A stretch of 64,000 bases of DNA from Candidatus Saccharimonadales bacterium (GTDB taxonomy: Bacteria > Patescibacteriota > Saccharimonadia > Saccharimonadales > Saccharimonadaceae). The notes beneath the pieces were generated by a model. It was not told where the DNA came from, did not search any database, and was given only the letters and a program-made list of their open reading frames with translations. This document shows positions 1-8,998 of this stretch, piece by piece; the stretch's first letter is position 1, and every line of letters starts with the position of its first letter. The stretch spans positions 24,389-88,388 of the forward strand of contig DASSWW010000038.1 of assembly GCA_035704495.1 (NCBI GenBank). Reading direction: 5' to 3'. The position numbers and the translations under genes are program-made.

Positions 1-1
1 T

Positions 2-985
2 GACGAAGTTGGGCGTGGGCCATGGGCGGGGCCGCTTGTTATTGGCGCGGTTGTTTTGGGTGGCGCGACTATCGACGGGTTAACGGATAGTAAAAAATTG
101 AGTAAAAAACGTCGCGAGGAATTAGATATCATTATTCGCTCGCAGGCGTCAGGCTATGGCCTGGGCTGGGTCAGTGCAGCAGAGATAGATCAGATTGGGT
201 TGTCGGCATCGTTACGGCTAGCGACAAAACGAGCGGTCGAGCAGATTACCGCGCCCTATCACGAGATTGTTATTGATGGCACGAGTAACTTTTTAAAAGA
301 CACATCTAAAGAAAATTATGTTACGACAATGAAGAAAGCCGATTTGTTAGTCCCAAGTGTGTCTGCGGCATCGATTATCGCCAAAGTGGCGCGGGATACC
401 TATATGACCGAACAAGACGATGTATACACAGGGTATAAGTTTAAAAGTCACGTCGGTTACGGCACGGCGGTACATCGAGCAGCGATAGAATTATTAGGTG
501 TCACGCCTTTGCACCGCTTGTCATTTGCGCCGTTAGTGAAGTATCAAATGACGGGTCCTGTCGACGAGTCCGTCCCTGATTTTCGTCCGATTGCGGACGC
601 AAACCAGAGTGCTGGCCCGCTCGTCGCCACCCGTGCGCAAGTTACGACCAAGCAAATCGGTGATGCTGGAGAAGACGAAGCGGCCAACTACTTGGTGCGC
701 GAAGGGCACGAAATCATTGATCGTAACTGGAAAACAAAATACTGTGAAATTGACATTATATCTCATCATAAGGGAACGGTTTATTTTACCGAGGTAAAAT
801 ATCGTAAAAAAGATGATCAGGGTGGTGGATTGGCAGCGGTAACAGCTAAAAAGCAGCGACAAATGAAGTTCGCGGCTGAGTATTATGTGTTAAAAAATAA
901 TTTACAAAATTATGATTTACGGTTAGCGGCAATCGATGTCAGCGGACAGCCGCCGCATGTCCGTGATTTTTTAAAGCTTGGCTAG
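2..985 (+). CDS. rnhB: Ribonuclease HII fused to a C-terminal YraN/UPF0102 endonuclease-like domain (5' end runs off the window)
   Basis: The frame stays open from nt 2 and reads DEVGRGPWAGPLVIGAVV (RNase HII catalytic DE.GRG motif), so the Met at 56 is internal. The C-terminal part from about nt 650 (GEDEAANYL..RNW..CEIDII..VYFTEVKYR..GGG..AV) fits the YraN family pattern. Confidence 0.85.
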   Translation, partial: DEVGRGPWAGPLVIGAVVLGGATIDGLTDSKKLSKKRREELDIIIRSQASGYGLGWVSAAEIDQIGLSASLRLATKRAVEQITAPYHEIVIDGTSNFLKDTSKENYVTTMKKADLLVPSVSAASIIAKVARDTYMTEQDDVYTGYKFKSHVGYGTAVHRAAIELLGVTPLHRLSFAPLVKYQMTGPVDESVPDFRPIADANQSAGPLVATRAQVTTKQIGDAGEDEAANYLVREGHEIIDRNWKTKYCEIDIISHHKGTVYFTEVKYRKKDDQGGGLAAVTAKKQRQMKFAAEYYVLKNNLQNYDLRLAAIDVSGQPPHVRDFLKLG

Positions 986-3496
986 GGCAGCGCGAACCGC
1001 GGCGCTGTCACGTTCGATTAGTTCCACGCGGCCTTCGATTTCGCTTAGACCCATGCTGATGACGCGTGATAATGCAACGACGTCTTTCATAGGCGTAAAG
1101 AATGCACGGTATTCATCAAGTTGTTGACGGGTGACTAAACTACTAGCAGCGTAGCGTGGATAGTCATCGTAGCTTTTATCGCCACCAAAGGTTTTTTCGA
1201 CCCATTGCCAGTTGTCGCGTAGCCACTGCCAGGCAAGGGCGCGTCCGTCGCGGCTACGAATTGTCCAGACAAACCAACGCGCAGCATCTTGGGGGCGGAC
1301 AACTGATTCGTCTTTAATCAGCGCCAGTACTTGTTTGATTTTATCTGCGTCTCGCGATGATGTAATTCCGCTAGCGATATCTTGTTGCAGTTCGGCTGAT
1401 GACGATGCTTTATAAGCCGTCTTTAAATCATCGATAATCGAATTGTCGTTACCGTGACGAACAGCAGCGCCAATAATCAGTGCGCGAAGTTCGGGGTCGA
1501 GTTGTTCCAGCGGTGTTGAACGGTATAAATCAATCGCTGTCTGAATCGCATCATTATGTTCGCCATATAGCACCAAACCAATAATTGCTGGACGTAGCTT
1601 GGTGTCGGTTTCTGGTTCGGTGTCGGCTGCGTACCATCCTAGACGTTCGTATTGATTGTGTGCAAGTTTTGCTGACAAGGCGCGTAGTTGTTTCTCGCTA
1701 ACGTCGTCATTTTCGACAAACTTTTTTAACTCTCCAATAGTCATAGCAATAATATCCCATACCGCTTCAGTCTGCTCGTCTTTATACGCATCAAGTAGCG
1801 GAATAAGCGTGGCGCTGGTGATGATACCGCCGCGCGCGAGTAGTGTCTGTTCGTTCAGTAGCTGCAACCGATCGAGTGGCGTCATTGTGCCAGCGTGAAT
1901 TTCATCAATCAATCGAGCGAGTAAATCGTTGTCGTAATGAGTTATAAAATGAGCCGTATCACCGACGTTTAGTCGCAGTGAATTCGCAGAAACGTGCGTA
2001 ACGTTTGCTTCGTTGGTATCTAATATTTCTGACATGGTATCGTCAGATGCATTAAGCGGGATTGGCCATAATTTATCTGATGATTCGTGTGGGCCGACAA
2101 AGAATTGCTTTTGCGATAGGTATATTGAATCGCCGTCTTGCGTTGCGGTAACGACTGGGTAGCCTGATTGTGAAATCCAAGTATTCATAAAATGAGCGAT
2201 ATCTTTGCCGCTTGCTGCCGTTAACGCTTGCCACAAATCATTTTGCGTGGTGTTGTGATAGGCGTGTTTGGCAAAGTAATCTTTTAAGCCTGTCTGAAAG
2301 GCTTCGTGACCGATGTATTGTTGCAGCATGCGCAGCAAGCGCGCACCTTTGGCATAAACGATTGCACCGTCGAACAGGGTACTAATTTCGTCTGGGTGAT
2401 GAACGTCGACTTGGACGGATTGTACCCCGTCGATTGCGTCGCGGCGCAATGCCATAATGCTTTCGGCAGTCGAAAAATCAAGCCAGATATCCCATTCGGG
2501 ATGGAGCGCGTCAATAGCGATGTATTCCATTAGCGTGGCAAAACTTTCGTTCAGCCATAGGTTATTCCACCACTCCATCGTTACCAAGTTGCCAAACCAC
2601 TGATGGCTTAGTTCGTGGGCGATGACTGTTGCGATGTAATGTTTGCTGCTGATGCTGGTGGTTGCTGGGTCGGCCAGTAACGCGACTTCGCGGTAGGTAA
2701 TTAATCCCCAGTTTTCCATAGCGCCGCTGCTAAAATCTGGCAGCGCGATGTGATCAGATTTTGGTAATGGATATTTGGTATCAAAGTATTCGTCAAAAAA
2801 ATCAATCGTACGCGTCGCGATATCTAGGGCAAAATCCAAACTATTGGCGGGTTGTGCTGGTGTGGCCCACACATTTACTTCGACACCGCCTTTTGTGGTT
2901 GCCGTTTTGCGGTGCAGGTCGCCAGTCACCCAAGCAAGCAGGTAGGTGCTCATACGTGGTGTCGTGTCAAAACTGGTAACAAGTTTATCATTCTGGACGT
3001 TCTGCTGTTTGATCGGCATATTGCCGAGGACAGTGACGTCTTGTTCAGTAGTGAGGGTCACGTCAAACGTAGCTTTTGCTTCGGGCTCATCAATACACGG
3101 AAAAACTTCGCGGGCATGATGGCTCTCGAATTGAGTAGCAAGAAGTTCTTTTTTAGTACCATCATGTTCGTAGTAACAAGGGTACAAACCATGCATCGCG
3201 TCAGTAATGGTGCCGCTAAACGTAATCACTACGATATGCTTGCCTGTAGTGATATCTGGATGACTAATTGTAAGCTCGTCATTCGTTCCTTCGGTGAATT
3301 CGGCTGCTTTGCCATCTAGGATGACCGATTCAATTTGTAATTGTTTGGCGTGAACGACAATGTTGTTTGCGTCCGCTACCGTGCTGCCGTTAATTGTCAC
3401 AGTACCATTAAAGGTTCGTTCGGTTCGGTTGAGATGAAGTGAAAGCTGATAGTGATCAGGAATAAATTGCTGGATGAGTCGGGATACTGTATTCAT
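971..3496 (-). CDS. pepN: Aminopeptidase N (M1 family zinc metallopeptidase)
   Basis: 841 aa ORF with the GAMENWG exopeptidase motif and HELSHQWFGNLVT..(18)..WLNESFA (HExxH-18-E). Confidence 0.93.
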   Translation of the reverse strand: MNTVSRLIQQFIPDHYQLSLHLNRTERTFNGTVTINGSTVADANNIVVHAKQLQIESVILDGKAAEFTEGTNDELTISHPDITTGKHIVVITFSGTITDAMHGLYPCYYEHDGTKKELLATQFESHHAREVFPCIDEPEAKATFDVTLTTEQDVTVLGNMPIKQQNVQNDKLVTSFDTTPRMSTYLLAWVTGDLHRKTATTKGGVEVNVWATPAQPANSLDFALDIATRTIDFFDEYFDTKYPLPKSDHIALPDFSSGAMENWGLITYREVALLADPATTSISSKHYIATVIAHELSHQWFGNLVTMEWWNNLWLNESFATLMEYIAIDALHPEWDIWLDFSTAESIMALRRDAIDGVQSVQVDVHHPDEISTLFDGAIVYAKGARLLRMLQQYIGHEAFQTGLKDYFAKHAYHNTTQNDLWQALTAASGKDIAHFMNTWISQSGYPVVTATQDGDSIYLSQKQFFVGPHESSDKLWPIPLNASDDTMSEILDTNEANVTHVSANSLRLNVGDTAHFITHYDNDLLARLIDEIHAGTMTPLDRLQLLNEQTLLARGGIITSATLIPLLDAYKDEQTEAVWDIIAMTIGELKKFVENDDVSEKQLRALSAKLAHNQYERLGWYAADTEPETDTKLRPAIIGLVLYGEHNDAIQTAIDLYRSTPLEQLDPELRALIIGAAVRHGNDNSIIDDLKTAYKASSSAELQQDIASGITSSRDADKIKQVLALIKDESVVRPQDAARWFVWTIRSRDGRALAWQWLRDNWQWVEKTFGGDKSYDDYPRYAASSLVTRQQLDEYRAFFTPMKDVVALSRVISMGLSEIEGRVELIERDSAAVRAALAKL

Positions 3497-3567
3497 ATAT
3501 CTAGTATAGCACTCGCTGAAATAGGTCGCACTCGGTCAAATATGAACAAGTTCATATTTTTCTTTCG

Positions 3568-3594
3568 TTGCTACTATTATAACAAAGGTATAAT
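3568..3594 (+). promoter_or_regulatory. Putative promoter whose -10 TATAAT (3589-3594) lies 6 nt before the ATG at 3601 (leaderless configuration)
   Basis: ggTATAATaagtttATG. Possible -35 TTGCTA at 3568-3573, with a short 15-nt spacer. Confidence 0.45.
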
Positions 3595-3600
3595 AAGTTT

Positions 3601-4308
3601 ATGAAACGTGCGCACAAAGTTAGACGAACGATACTTGTTATAGTTGCGCTCATTAGCTTTGCGATGACATTACTGGTAAATCCTGATTTATATCAATCAT
3701 ACGTGGCTCAACAACCTATTCAGACTACAGAAAACCAATCGGCGACGGGTGATGCGGCGCGTGTATTAGCGAAGTTGGACGTAAAAGGTCGTGCGCCACG
3801 AACAGACTATTCGCGCAGTCAGTTTGGTAATGGTTGGGCAATTCAGCAGGGGTGTGACATGCGGAATATTATTTTACATCGAGATTTAACAGACACGCGC
3901 ATTGACGATTCATGCAGGGTGCAAAGTGGAATGCTTGTCGATCCGTATACAAGCAAAACAATTAGTTTTACACGTGGTTCGACTAGCAGCCAGGACGTAC
4001 AGATCGATCACGTAGTAGCATTAAGTAACGCATGGCAGACAGGAGCGCAGGCGCTAAGCACCGAGAAACGCGAACAGTTTGCGAATGATCCACTCGAGCT
4101 ATTGGCAGTCGATGGGCCAGCTAATCAACAAAAATCTGATGGCGATGCGGCAACTTGGCTACCGGCAAACAAAGCGTTTCGCTGCCAGTACGTGGCCCGG
4201 CAAATCGCTGTCAAAGCAAAGTATGACTTGTGGGTGACGTTAGCCGAAAAGCAAGCAATGACACGCGTATTAACAAAATGTCCCGGACAGCCATTACCGT
4301 CGTCATAA
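3601..4308 (+). CDS. Membrane-anchored or secreted DUF1524/HNH-type nuclease
   Basis: N-terminal hydrophobic anchor (ILVIVALISFAMTLLV). The C-terminal IDHVVALSNAW...DGPANQQKSDGDAATWLP resembles the DUF1524 (GmrSD C-terminal) His-Me finger. Confidence 0.65.
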   Translation: MKRAHKVRRTILVIVALISFAMTLLVNPDLYQSYVAQQPIQTTENQSATGDAARVLAKLDVKGRAPRTDYSRSQFGNGWAIQQGCDMRNIILHRDLTDTRIDDSCRVQSGMLVDPYTSKTISFTRGSTSSQDVQIDHVVALSNAWQTGAQALSTEKREQFANDPLELLAVDGPANQQKSDGDAATWLPANKAFRCQYVARQIAVKAKYDLWVTLAEKQAMTRVLTKCPGQPLPSS

Positions 4309-4326
4309 TGAATTTGAAATGATAAA

Positions 4327-4385
4327 GGGCGGCTATCAAGTGTCTCGTCATGTCATGCGACATGCCAGTGTCTTGGTAGCCGCCC
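4327..4385. terminator. Long stem-loop between convergent genes (bidirectional terminator candidate)
   Basis: gggcggctatcaag pairs with cttggtagccgccc (14 bp, one G-U). The loop contains a nested catgtc/gacatg hairpin. Confidence 0.5.
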
Positions 4386-4391
4386 GGGCGG

Positions 4392-5093
4392 TTAGGGATT
4401 TGGTAGCGAACGTACTTCTTTGATTGGCGGTTTGCCTTTGCGCTTTTCGGTGGCGCTTTGATGTACCACCATTGTCAGCGTGTTGTTGTAGTCGATGTTA
4501 AAACCAGGAATGGTAAGCAGGGGCTGCTCTTTGACGATTTCCTTTAGTGTTTCAGAATCAAGTACCGAGACGATTTTTCGCGTCACCAGTACTTTCAGTC
4601 GAGACACAAGTTCGTCGGCAACCTCGTCACCCAGAACTTTCCGCAAGGTAATCATCATATCACTATTCTGAATATTCCTCAGATAGGCGATGACTTCCTT
4701 TTCGTTAGCGCTCTTTGTGCCAATTTTGTCGATGTGCCGTTTGAACGTGACCGCATTAAGCTTTGCGTTTTCGGGCGACTGGCGCGGCGCAAGTTCGTCC
4801 CAATGTTCAACAGTGTAGGTAAACACCCTGTCGAGCAATGGATCGAGCATTTCGTTGATTGCCACGTTGCGCGCGTCGATTTCTTTGTCGACGGCGATAT
4901 GACGACGTTGCCTCGTCTGTTCATTTCGGGTCACCCGATGCAGTTGCTTGATTGCACTGCTTAAATCTGCGTTGAACGCTTCAAAATTTGTGATAGCGCT
5001 GTCCGGTGTGCCAATGCGCTTCGCCGGTTTCCGTGATGCCACGGTCACCACCTCCAATTTAATAGGTACGCCAGTAATCCCTAGCACTGTCAA
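4392..5093 (-). CDS. Hypothetical protein
   Basis: 233 aa ORF with no recognised motif. The start is uncertain: TTG at 5093, or GTG at 5042, which lies 8 nt behind a GGAGG. Confidence 0.6.
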   Translation of the reverse strand: MTVLGITGVPIKLEVVTVASRKPAKRIGTPDSAITNFEAFNADLSSAIKQLHRVTRNEQTRQRRHIAVDKEIDARNVAINEMLDPLLDRVFTYTVEHWDELAPRQSPENAKLNAVTFKRHIDKIGTKSANEKEVIAYLRNIQNSDMMITLRKVLGDEVADELVSRLKVLVTRKIVSVLDSETLKEIVKEQPLLTIPGFNIDYNNTLTMVVHQSATEKRKGKPPIKEVRSLPNP

Positions 5094-5127
5094 TTATACA
5101 CGGTATAACTGTACTATGCAGCCAATG

Positions 5128-6291
5128 CTAACGTGTTGAGTATATATTGTTGTGAAAATTCATGATGCTACGCTGTAGAGTGAGCTTTAGTTTGGTGGCG
5201 GAGGGTAGTGTGCGGACCAACATTGTAAAAATCTGGACAGCGAGTTGCACATAAAGCAGGATATACATTACTGGTATACAAAACGTTAATTCAATTTTTT
5301 TAGACATAGTCATTTGATCGTTTGACCAGGTGGCGGTGAATAACCACAAACTAACGACTAGCCAGCTGAGGGTGAGTAGTATATGACTTTGTAATGTCGC
5401 GGCGGTGTAAAAGAAATAGGTCATAGTAATCGCAACAAGTAGCAAGAATGACGCGCCAATGATAGTGGGCACATTACGTCGATGACGCTGAGCGCCTTTT
5501 TGTTTATTTGTTGTGGGAATTGTTAACGAAGTAGCGACAGACTCGGTTCGGGTAAATAGCAGGTCGCTTGCATAACAAGAAGATAGCTTTGTTGGAAGTG
5601 TTTTATTTTTAAAAATCGTACTTCGTAGGAATATACCTGCATCACCTATGTCAGACGGACGGATAGATAAAGATAACGGCGAGATAGCTTTGTTATACAG
5701 GTTTGTACTCAGCAGCATAAATTGATAAACGAGGAGTGAAAGATTTATATCGGCATCGTTATAATGTTGTAGTCGAAGTGCATCTAAACGATTATTAGCC
5801 ACAAAACGTGTGGCCGCATCTTTTAACAAATTCGGTGTTATCGTATCGGTGGCGTCGAGGATAAATACTAAATCATTTGGTTGAGTTTTTTTGTACCCCA
5901 GGCGAAGTGCCGTCAGCCGGTCGGTTGTCTTACGTTTCGCATACAATGACACAGATTTCTTTGTACGTTTTCGTTGGTAGTGAAGAACGGCTTGCTTAGT
6001 AGTATCGGTGGAGACGTTATCAACGACCATGACATGATAATTTTTATATCGACTGCAGCTGATACTGCGCAGACAATCCTGAATAGTTGTCGCATTATTA
6101 TGCGCATATACCATGACCGCAATATGTGGCTGGCGTGGTTTGCGCAGCGTCGCGGCGATGGTTTGCCATGATTGACGGCGGGCTACTCCGCGCAGATCAT
6201 ACCAGGTTGCTGTAAGTATTATGGTGACACCAGCAACAATGCTTGCACCCAGTAGCGCTACGGATAATTGGATTAGTAAGGTTTCAATCAT
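5128..6291 (-). CDS. Integral-membrane family 2 glycosyltransferase
   Basis: N-terminal TM helix, a GT2-like core (IAVMVYAHNNATTIQDCLRSI...VMVVDNVSTDTT, ILDATD) and several C-terminal TM helices. It overlaps the sortase stop by 4 nt. Confidence 0.7.
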   Translation of the reverse strand: MIETLLIQLSVALLGASIVAGVTIILTATWYDLRGVARRQSWQTIAATLRKPRQPHIAVMVYAHNNATTIQDCLRSISCSRYKNYHVMVVDNVSTDTTKQAVLHYQRKRTKKSVSLYAKRKTTDRLTALRLGYKKTQPNDLVFILDATDTITPNLLKDAATRFVANNRLDALRLQHYNDADINLSLLVYQFMLLSTNLYNKAISPLSLSIRPSDIGDAGIFLRSTIFKNKTLPTKLSSCYASDLLFTRTESVATSLTIPTTNKQKGAQRHRRNVPTIIGASFLLLVAITMTYFFYTAATLQSHILLTLSWLVVSLWLFTATWSNDQMTMSKKIELTFCIPVMYILLYVQLAVQIFTMLVRTLPSATKLKLTLQRSIMNFHNNIYSTR

Positions 6292-6869
6292 AATTGTTCT
6301 ATCGATTCTAATTTAAAGGAAAATAATGCGCGGTACTCACTCCAATTACCCGTACACGTTTGAAGTACTAGTTTTGGCGGTCCGCTTGACGTAAAAACGG
6401 TGGTATTATTTGGTTCGACTGTTTGCGTAGCGATGTAGCGATAATGGAATACATAGCCAGTGTCGGTGTGTATCTGTGCAGTTGCACCCGTTTTAATTTG
6501 CGGTAGCGTGGCAAAGACGGGTGATTGGGCATGGCCGTATATGAGCGTTGTGCCGTTGCTGTTGTTGACAGGCATTGATGAATCGGCAAAGTAAGCTTTG
6601 GTCGTATCAAGTGTCCAGCTGTCGTTTGCTTGGTTGTATGTGCCAATACCAACGGGTAAATTAATTGTTAAACTGGGTATAATAACTCGGGTGGGGATGC
6701 CTTTGGTGGCTGGTATGGCTTGAACGACGACTGGCGGTTTTGGCGGTGGGACACTGGCAAGTACCGGCGCCGGTGTGATGTTTATGACATAAAACATCAC
6801 ACCGATAGCTAGGTTGAAAAATCCAATCAAGCTATAAAATTTTACTTTTTCGCCGATACGCAGTGACAT
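6288..6869 (-). CDS. Sortase family transpeptidase
   Basis: N-terminal TM anchor, the conserved His (TLIYGHA), the catalytic LVLQTCTG (TLxTC-type) motif and a downstream Arg (EYRALFSF). Confidence 0.85.
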   Translation of the reverse strand: MSLRIGEKVKFYSLIGFFNLAIGVMFYVINITPAPVLASVPPPKPPVVVQAIPATKGIPTRVIIPSLTINLPVGIGTYNQANDSWTLDTTKAYFADSSMPVNNSNGTTLIYGHAQSPVFATLPQIKTGATAQIHTDTGYVFHYRYIATQTVEPNNTTVFTSSGPPKLVLQTCTGNWSEYRALFSFKLESIEQL

Positions 6870-6892
6870 AGTAAACGTACTTTACGGTATCG

Positions 6893-7474
6893 TTATGACT
6901 TTAATCGGCTATAGGTGCTGACGGCAAAACGAGAACCAAGTACGGTGGTCGCAAGAGCTGAAACTCCCGCTACTATATAGGCAATAGCTGAACTTGCGCT
7001 AGTGTTTGGCAAAACTTCTGGTGCTGCTGCCTGAGGCGCCGCTACGGGTGTCACAGGGGTTGAAGGTGGGGTTGTTGCCCCTTGACCTGGCACGACTGGT
7101 GTTTCCTTGTCTTCTTGTGGAGTTACCGGTGTCGGCACTGTCGCAGTAACGACTTCACATGTATCATTTGTAATCTCTACCTCAAAGACAGTGCCATTAC
7201 TGTTTGTCGCTGTACCTGTTCGAGCGTCTCCGGCGGTTGTCGAATCTTCTGACTCTGCATCACCCGAATCGGCAACTTGTAAGTTTTCGTTATTAATTGT
7301 GACTTCGTTTTCATTAGCAACTTCACAGGTATACTCTTCTTCGACGACAATTGAATTGTCAGATCCTGGGCCAGTGTTGCTAATTGTGTGGTCTTGTGCA
7401 GATGCGTTTCCGCTGACCGCAAATGGTGCGACAATAAGTGCAAACACCGCTAAAGTTTGTGATAGTTTTTTCAT
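6893..7474 (-). CDS. Secreted cell-wall-anchored surface protein with an LPNTS sorting signal
   Basis: Signal peptide (MKKLSQTLAVFALIVAPFAVSGNASA), a Pro/Thr-rich linker, then LPNTS followed by a hydrophobic stretch and a basic tail (SRFAVSTYSRLKS). Confidence 0.8.
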   Translation of the reverse strand: MKKLSQTLAVFALIVAPFAVSGNASAQDHTISNTGPGSDNSIVVEEEYTCEVANENEVTINNENLQVADSGDAESEDSTTAGDARTGTATNSNGTVFEVEITNDTCEVVTATVPTPVTPQEDKETPVVPGQGATTPPSTPVTPVAAPQAAAPEVLPNTSASSAIAYIVAGVSALATTVLGSRFAVSTYSRLKS

Positions 7475-7644
7475 AATCTACCTCCTTATGAATTTATCTA
7501 TACTTTTTATCAAACGATGTTTGTCTTCGGTGTCTTTATCATAATCTTTAACGAACGATTTGTAAACAATGTATTTATGTTTATATAAAACTGAGAAACG
7601 ACTGGTAATGTTTTACAGATTGATATATAAATTAATTTTAATAA

Positions 7645-7896
7645 CTATACAATTTGTTTTTTGCGACGCAAAAATACTTTACCAAGTGCGGTAATTGATA
7701 CTAACGCCCAGACTACTTCAAGTAGCAAAAATCCCCATTGTTGTTCAATAAATGCGTTGACTGCCAGCACGCTAGCGCCAATAAAATTAATTATCAAGTA
7801 TTTCCACGAATCTACTGAAAATTTGTTGGTTTGTAGTAACAGAAAAGCAATAAGGATCATAAGTGATCCGCTAATCTGAATTAATTGAGTAAGCAT
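7645..7896 (-). CDS. Small multi-pass membrane protein
   Basis: 83 aa with three hydrophobic segments and a basic C-terminus. Confidence 0.6.
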   Translation of the reverse strand: MLTQLIQISGSLMILIAFLLLQTNKFSVDSWKYLIINFIGASVLAVNAFIEQQWGFLLLEVVWALVSITALGKVFLRRKKQIV

Positions 7897-7925
7897 AACG
7901 TGATTATAACAGAGAAATCAGCGAC

Positions 7926-8312
7926 TTATGACAGCGAAACAAGTTCGATATCAAAAACTAAATCAGAGTTTGGTGGAATATTAGCTGCAGCACGAACTGA
8001 ACCATATGCCATACCTGACGGAATAACTAAACGGCGAGCACCACCAACTTTCATACCCGGAACACCTTTTGTCCAACCGGCGATAACTTGATTAAGTCCA
8101 AAAGTAATCGGGTCGCCAAAATCGTGTGAGCTTTGGAAAATGGTGCCATCGCTACATAGCGCGCCGGTGTAGTGCGCAGTAATAGTCGCGTTTTCAGGAA
8201 CAGTTTCGCCCGTCCCCTCGACAACGTCGATAATTTGTAATTCTGTAACTGATGATATAGGTTCGAAGTTTGCTAATTTTGTGCCCTCAAGCGGGGTCGT
8301 TTGATCATTCAT
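7926..8312 (-). CDS. FKBP-type peptidyl-prolyl cis-trans isomerase
   Basis: VEGTGE..A..HYTG.L.DGT.F.SS......F.L..VI.GW..G..GMKVGG.R.L.IP...AYG, the classical FKBP_C pattern. Confidence 0.9.
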   Translation of the reverse strand: MNDQTTPLEGTKLANFEPISSVTELQIIDVVEGTGETVPENATITAHYTGALCSDGTIFQSSHDFGDPITFGLNQVIAGWTKGVPGMKVGGARRLVIPSGMAYGSVRAAANIPPNSDLVFDIELVSLS

Positions 8313-8389
8313 GTCTATAGTGTACTATGGATCGACATTTTATACGAACCACTGAAGGGTGTAAAATAGATATGTGAAGGGAGGTAGAT

Positions 8390-8731
8390 ATGGACGCACA
8401 ACAACAAGAAGATGAAGCGCGAAAATTAGAAGCCAAGGCCCAAAGTGAACAGCAGTTAGCGCAACGTTACGAGCAGAACGCTGAGGCACATGCTAATGAT
8501 GGCGACGAACGGCGGGCAGACGTTGAAAAACGACAAGCCGATCAATTGGCGCAAGAAGCCGAAAATCTGAATATGAGAGCACAATCATTACACAGCAATG
8601 CAAGCGATAACATTCGCCAAGCAAATCAGATTAAAGATGAGATCGAAAAATTAGAGGCCGACCACAAAAAGCAAATCGATAAGTTAGAGTCAGAGAGAAA
8701 ACGTTTGCTCGGCGGAGCGATGTTACTGTAG
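8390..8731 (+). CDS. Hypothetical Gln/Glu-rich coiled-coil protein
   Basis: 113 aa ORF behind GAAGGGAGG. Low-complexity, helical-looking sequence. Confidence 0.6.
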   Translation: MDAQQQEDEARKLEAKAQSEQQLAQRYEQNAEAHANDGDERRADVEKRQADQLAQEAENLNMRAQSLHSNASDNIRQANQIKDEIEKLEADHKKQIDKLESERKRLLGGAMLL

Positions 8732-8767
8732 TAAAAATAAGCAATAAGCTGCCGAAAGGAGTTTGGT

Positions 8768-8998
8768 ATGCCATATAACAACACAAGTGAACTACCGGAC
8801 AGCGTTAAAAATGTTCTCCCTGAACATGCCCAAGCTATCTATAAAGAAGCGTTTAACAGCGCCTACGATCAGTATGATGACCCAGAGGATCGACGCGGTG
8901 ATGCCGACCGTGAAGAAACCGCGCACCGTGTGGCGTGGTCGGCGGTAAAAAGTAAATACGAAAAAGGCGATGACGATTCGTGGCACCCCAAAGAGTAG
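8768..8998 (+). CDS. ChaB-family protein
   Basis: LPDSVKNVLPEHAQAIYKEAFNSAY........EETAHRVAWSAVK..Y is typical of the ChaB domain. AAGGAG precedes the ATG. Confidence 0.7.
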   Translation: MPYNNTSELPDSVKNVLPEHAQAIYKEAFNSAYDQYDDPEDRRGDADREETAHRVAWSAVKSKYEKGDDDSWHPKE

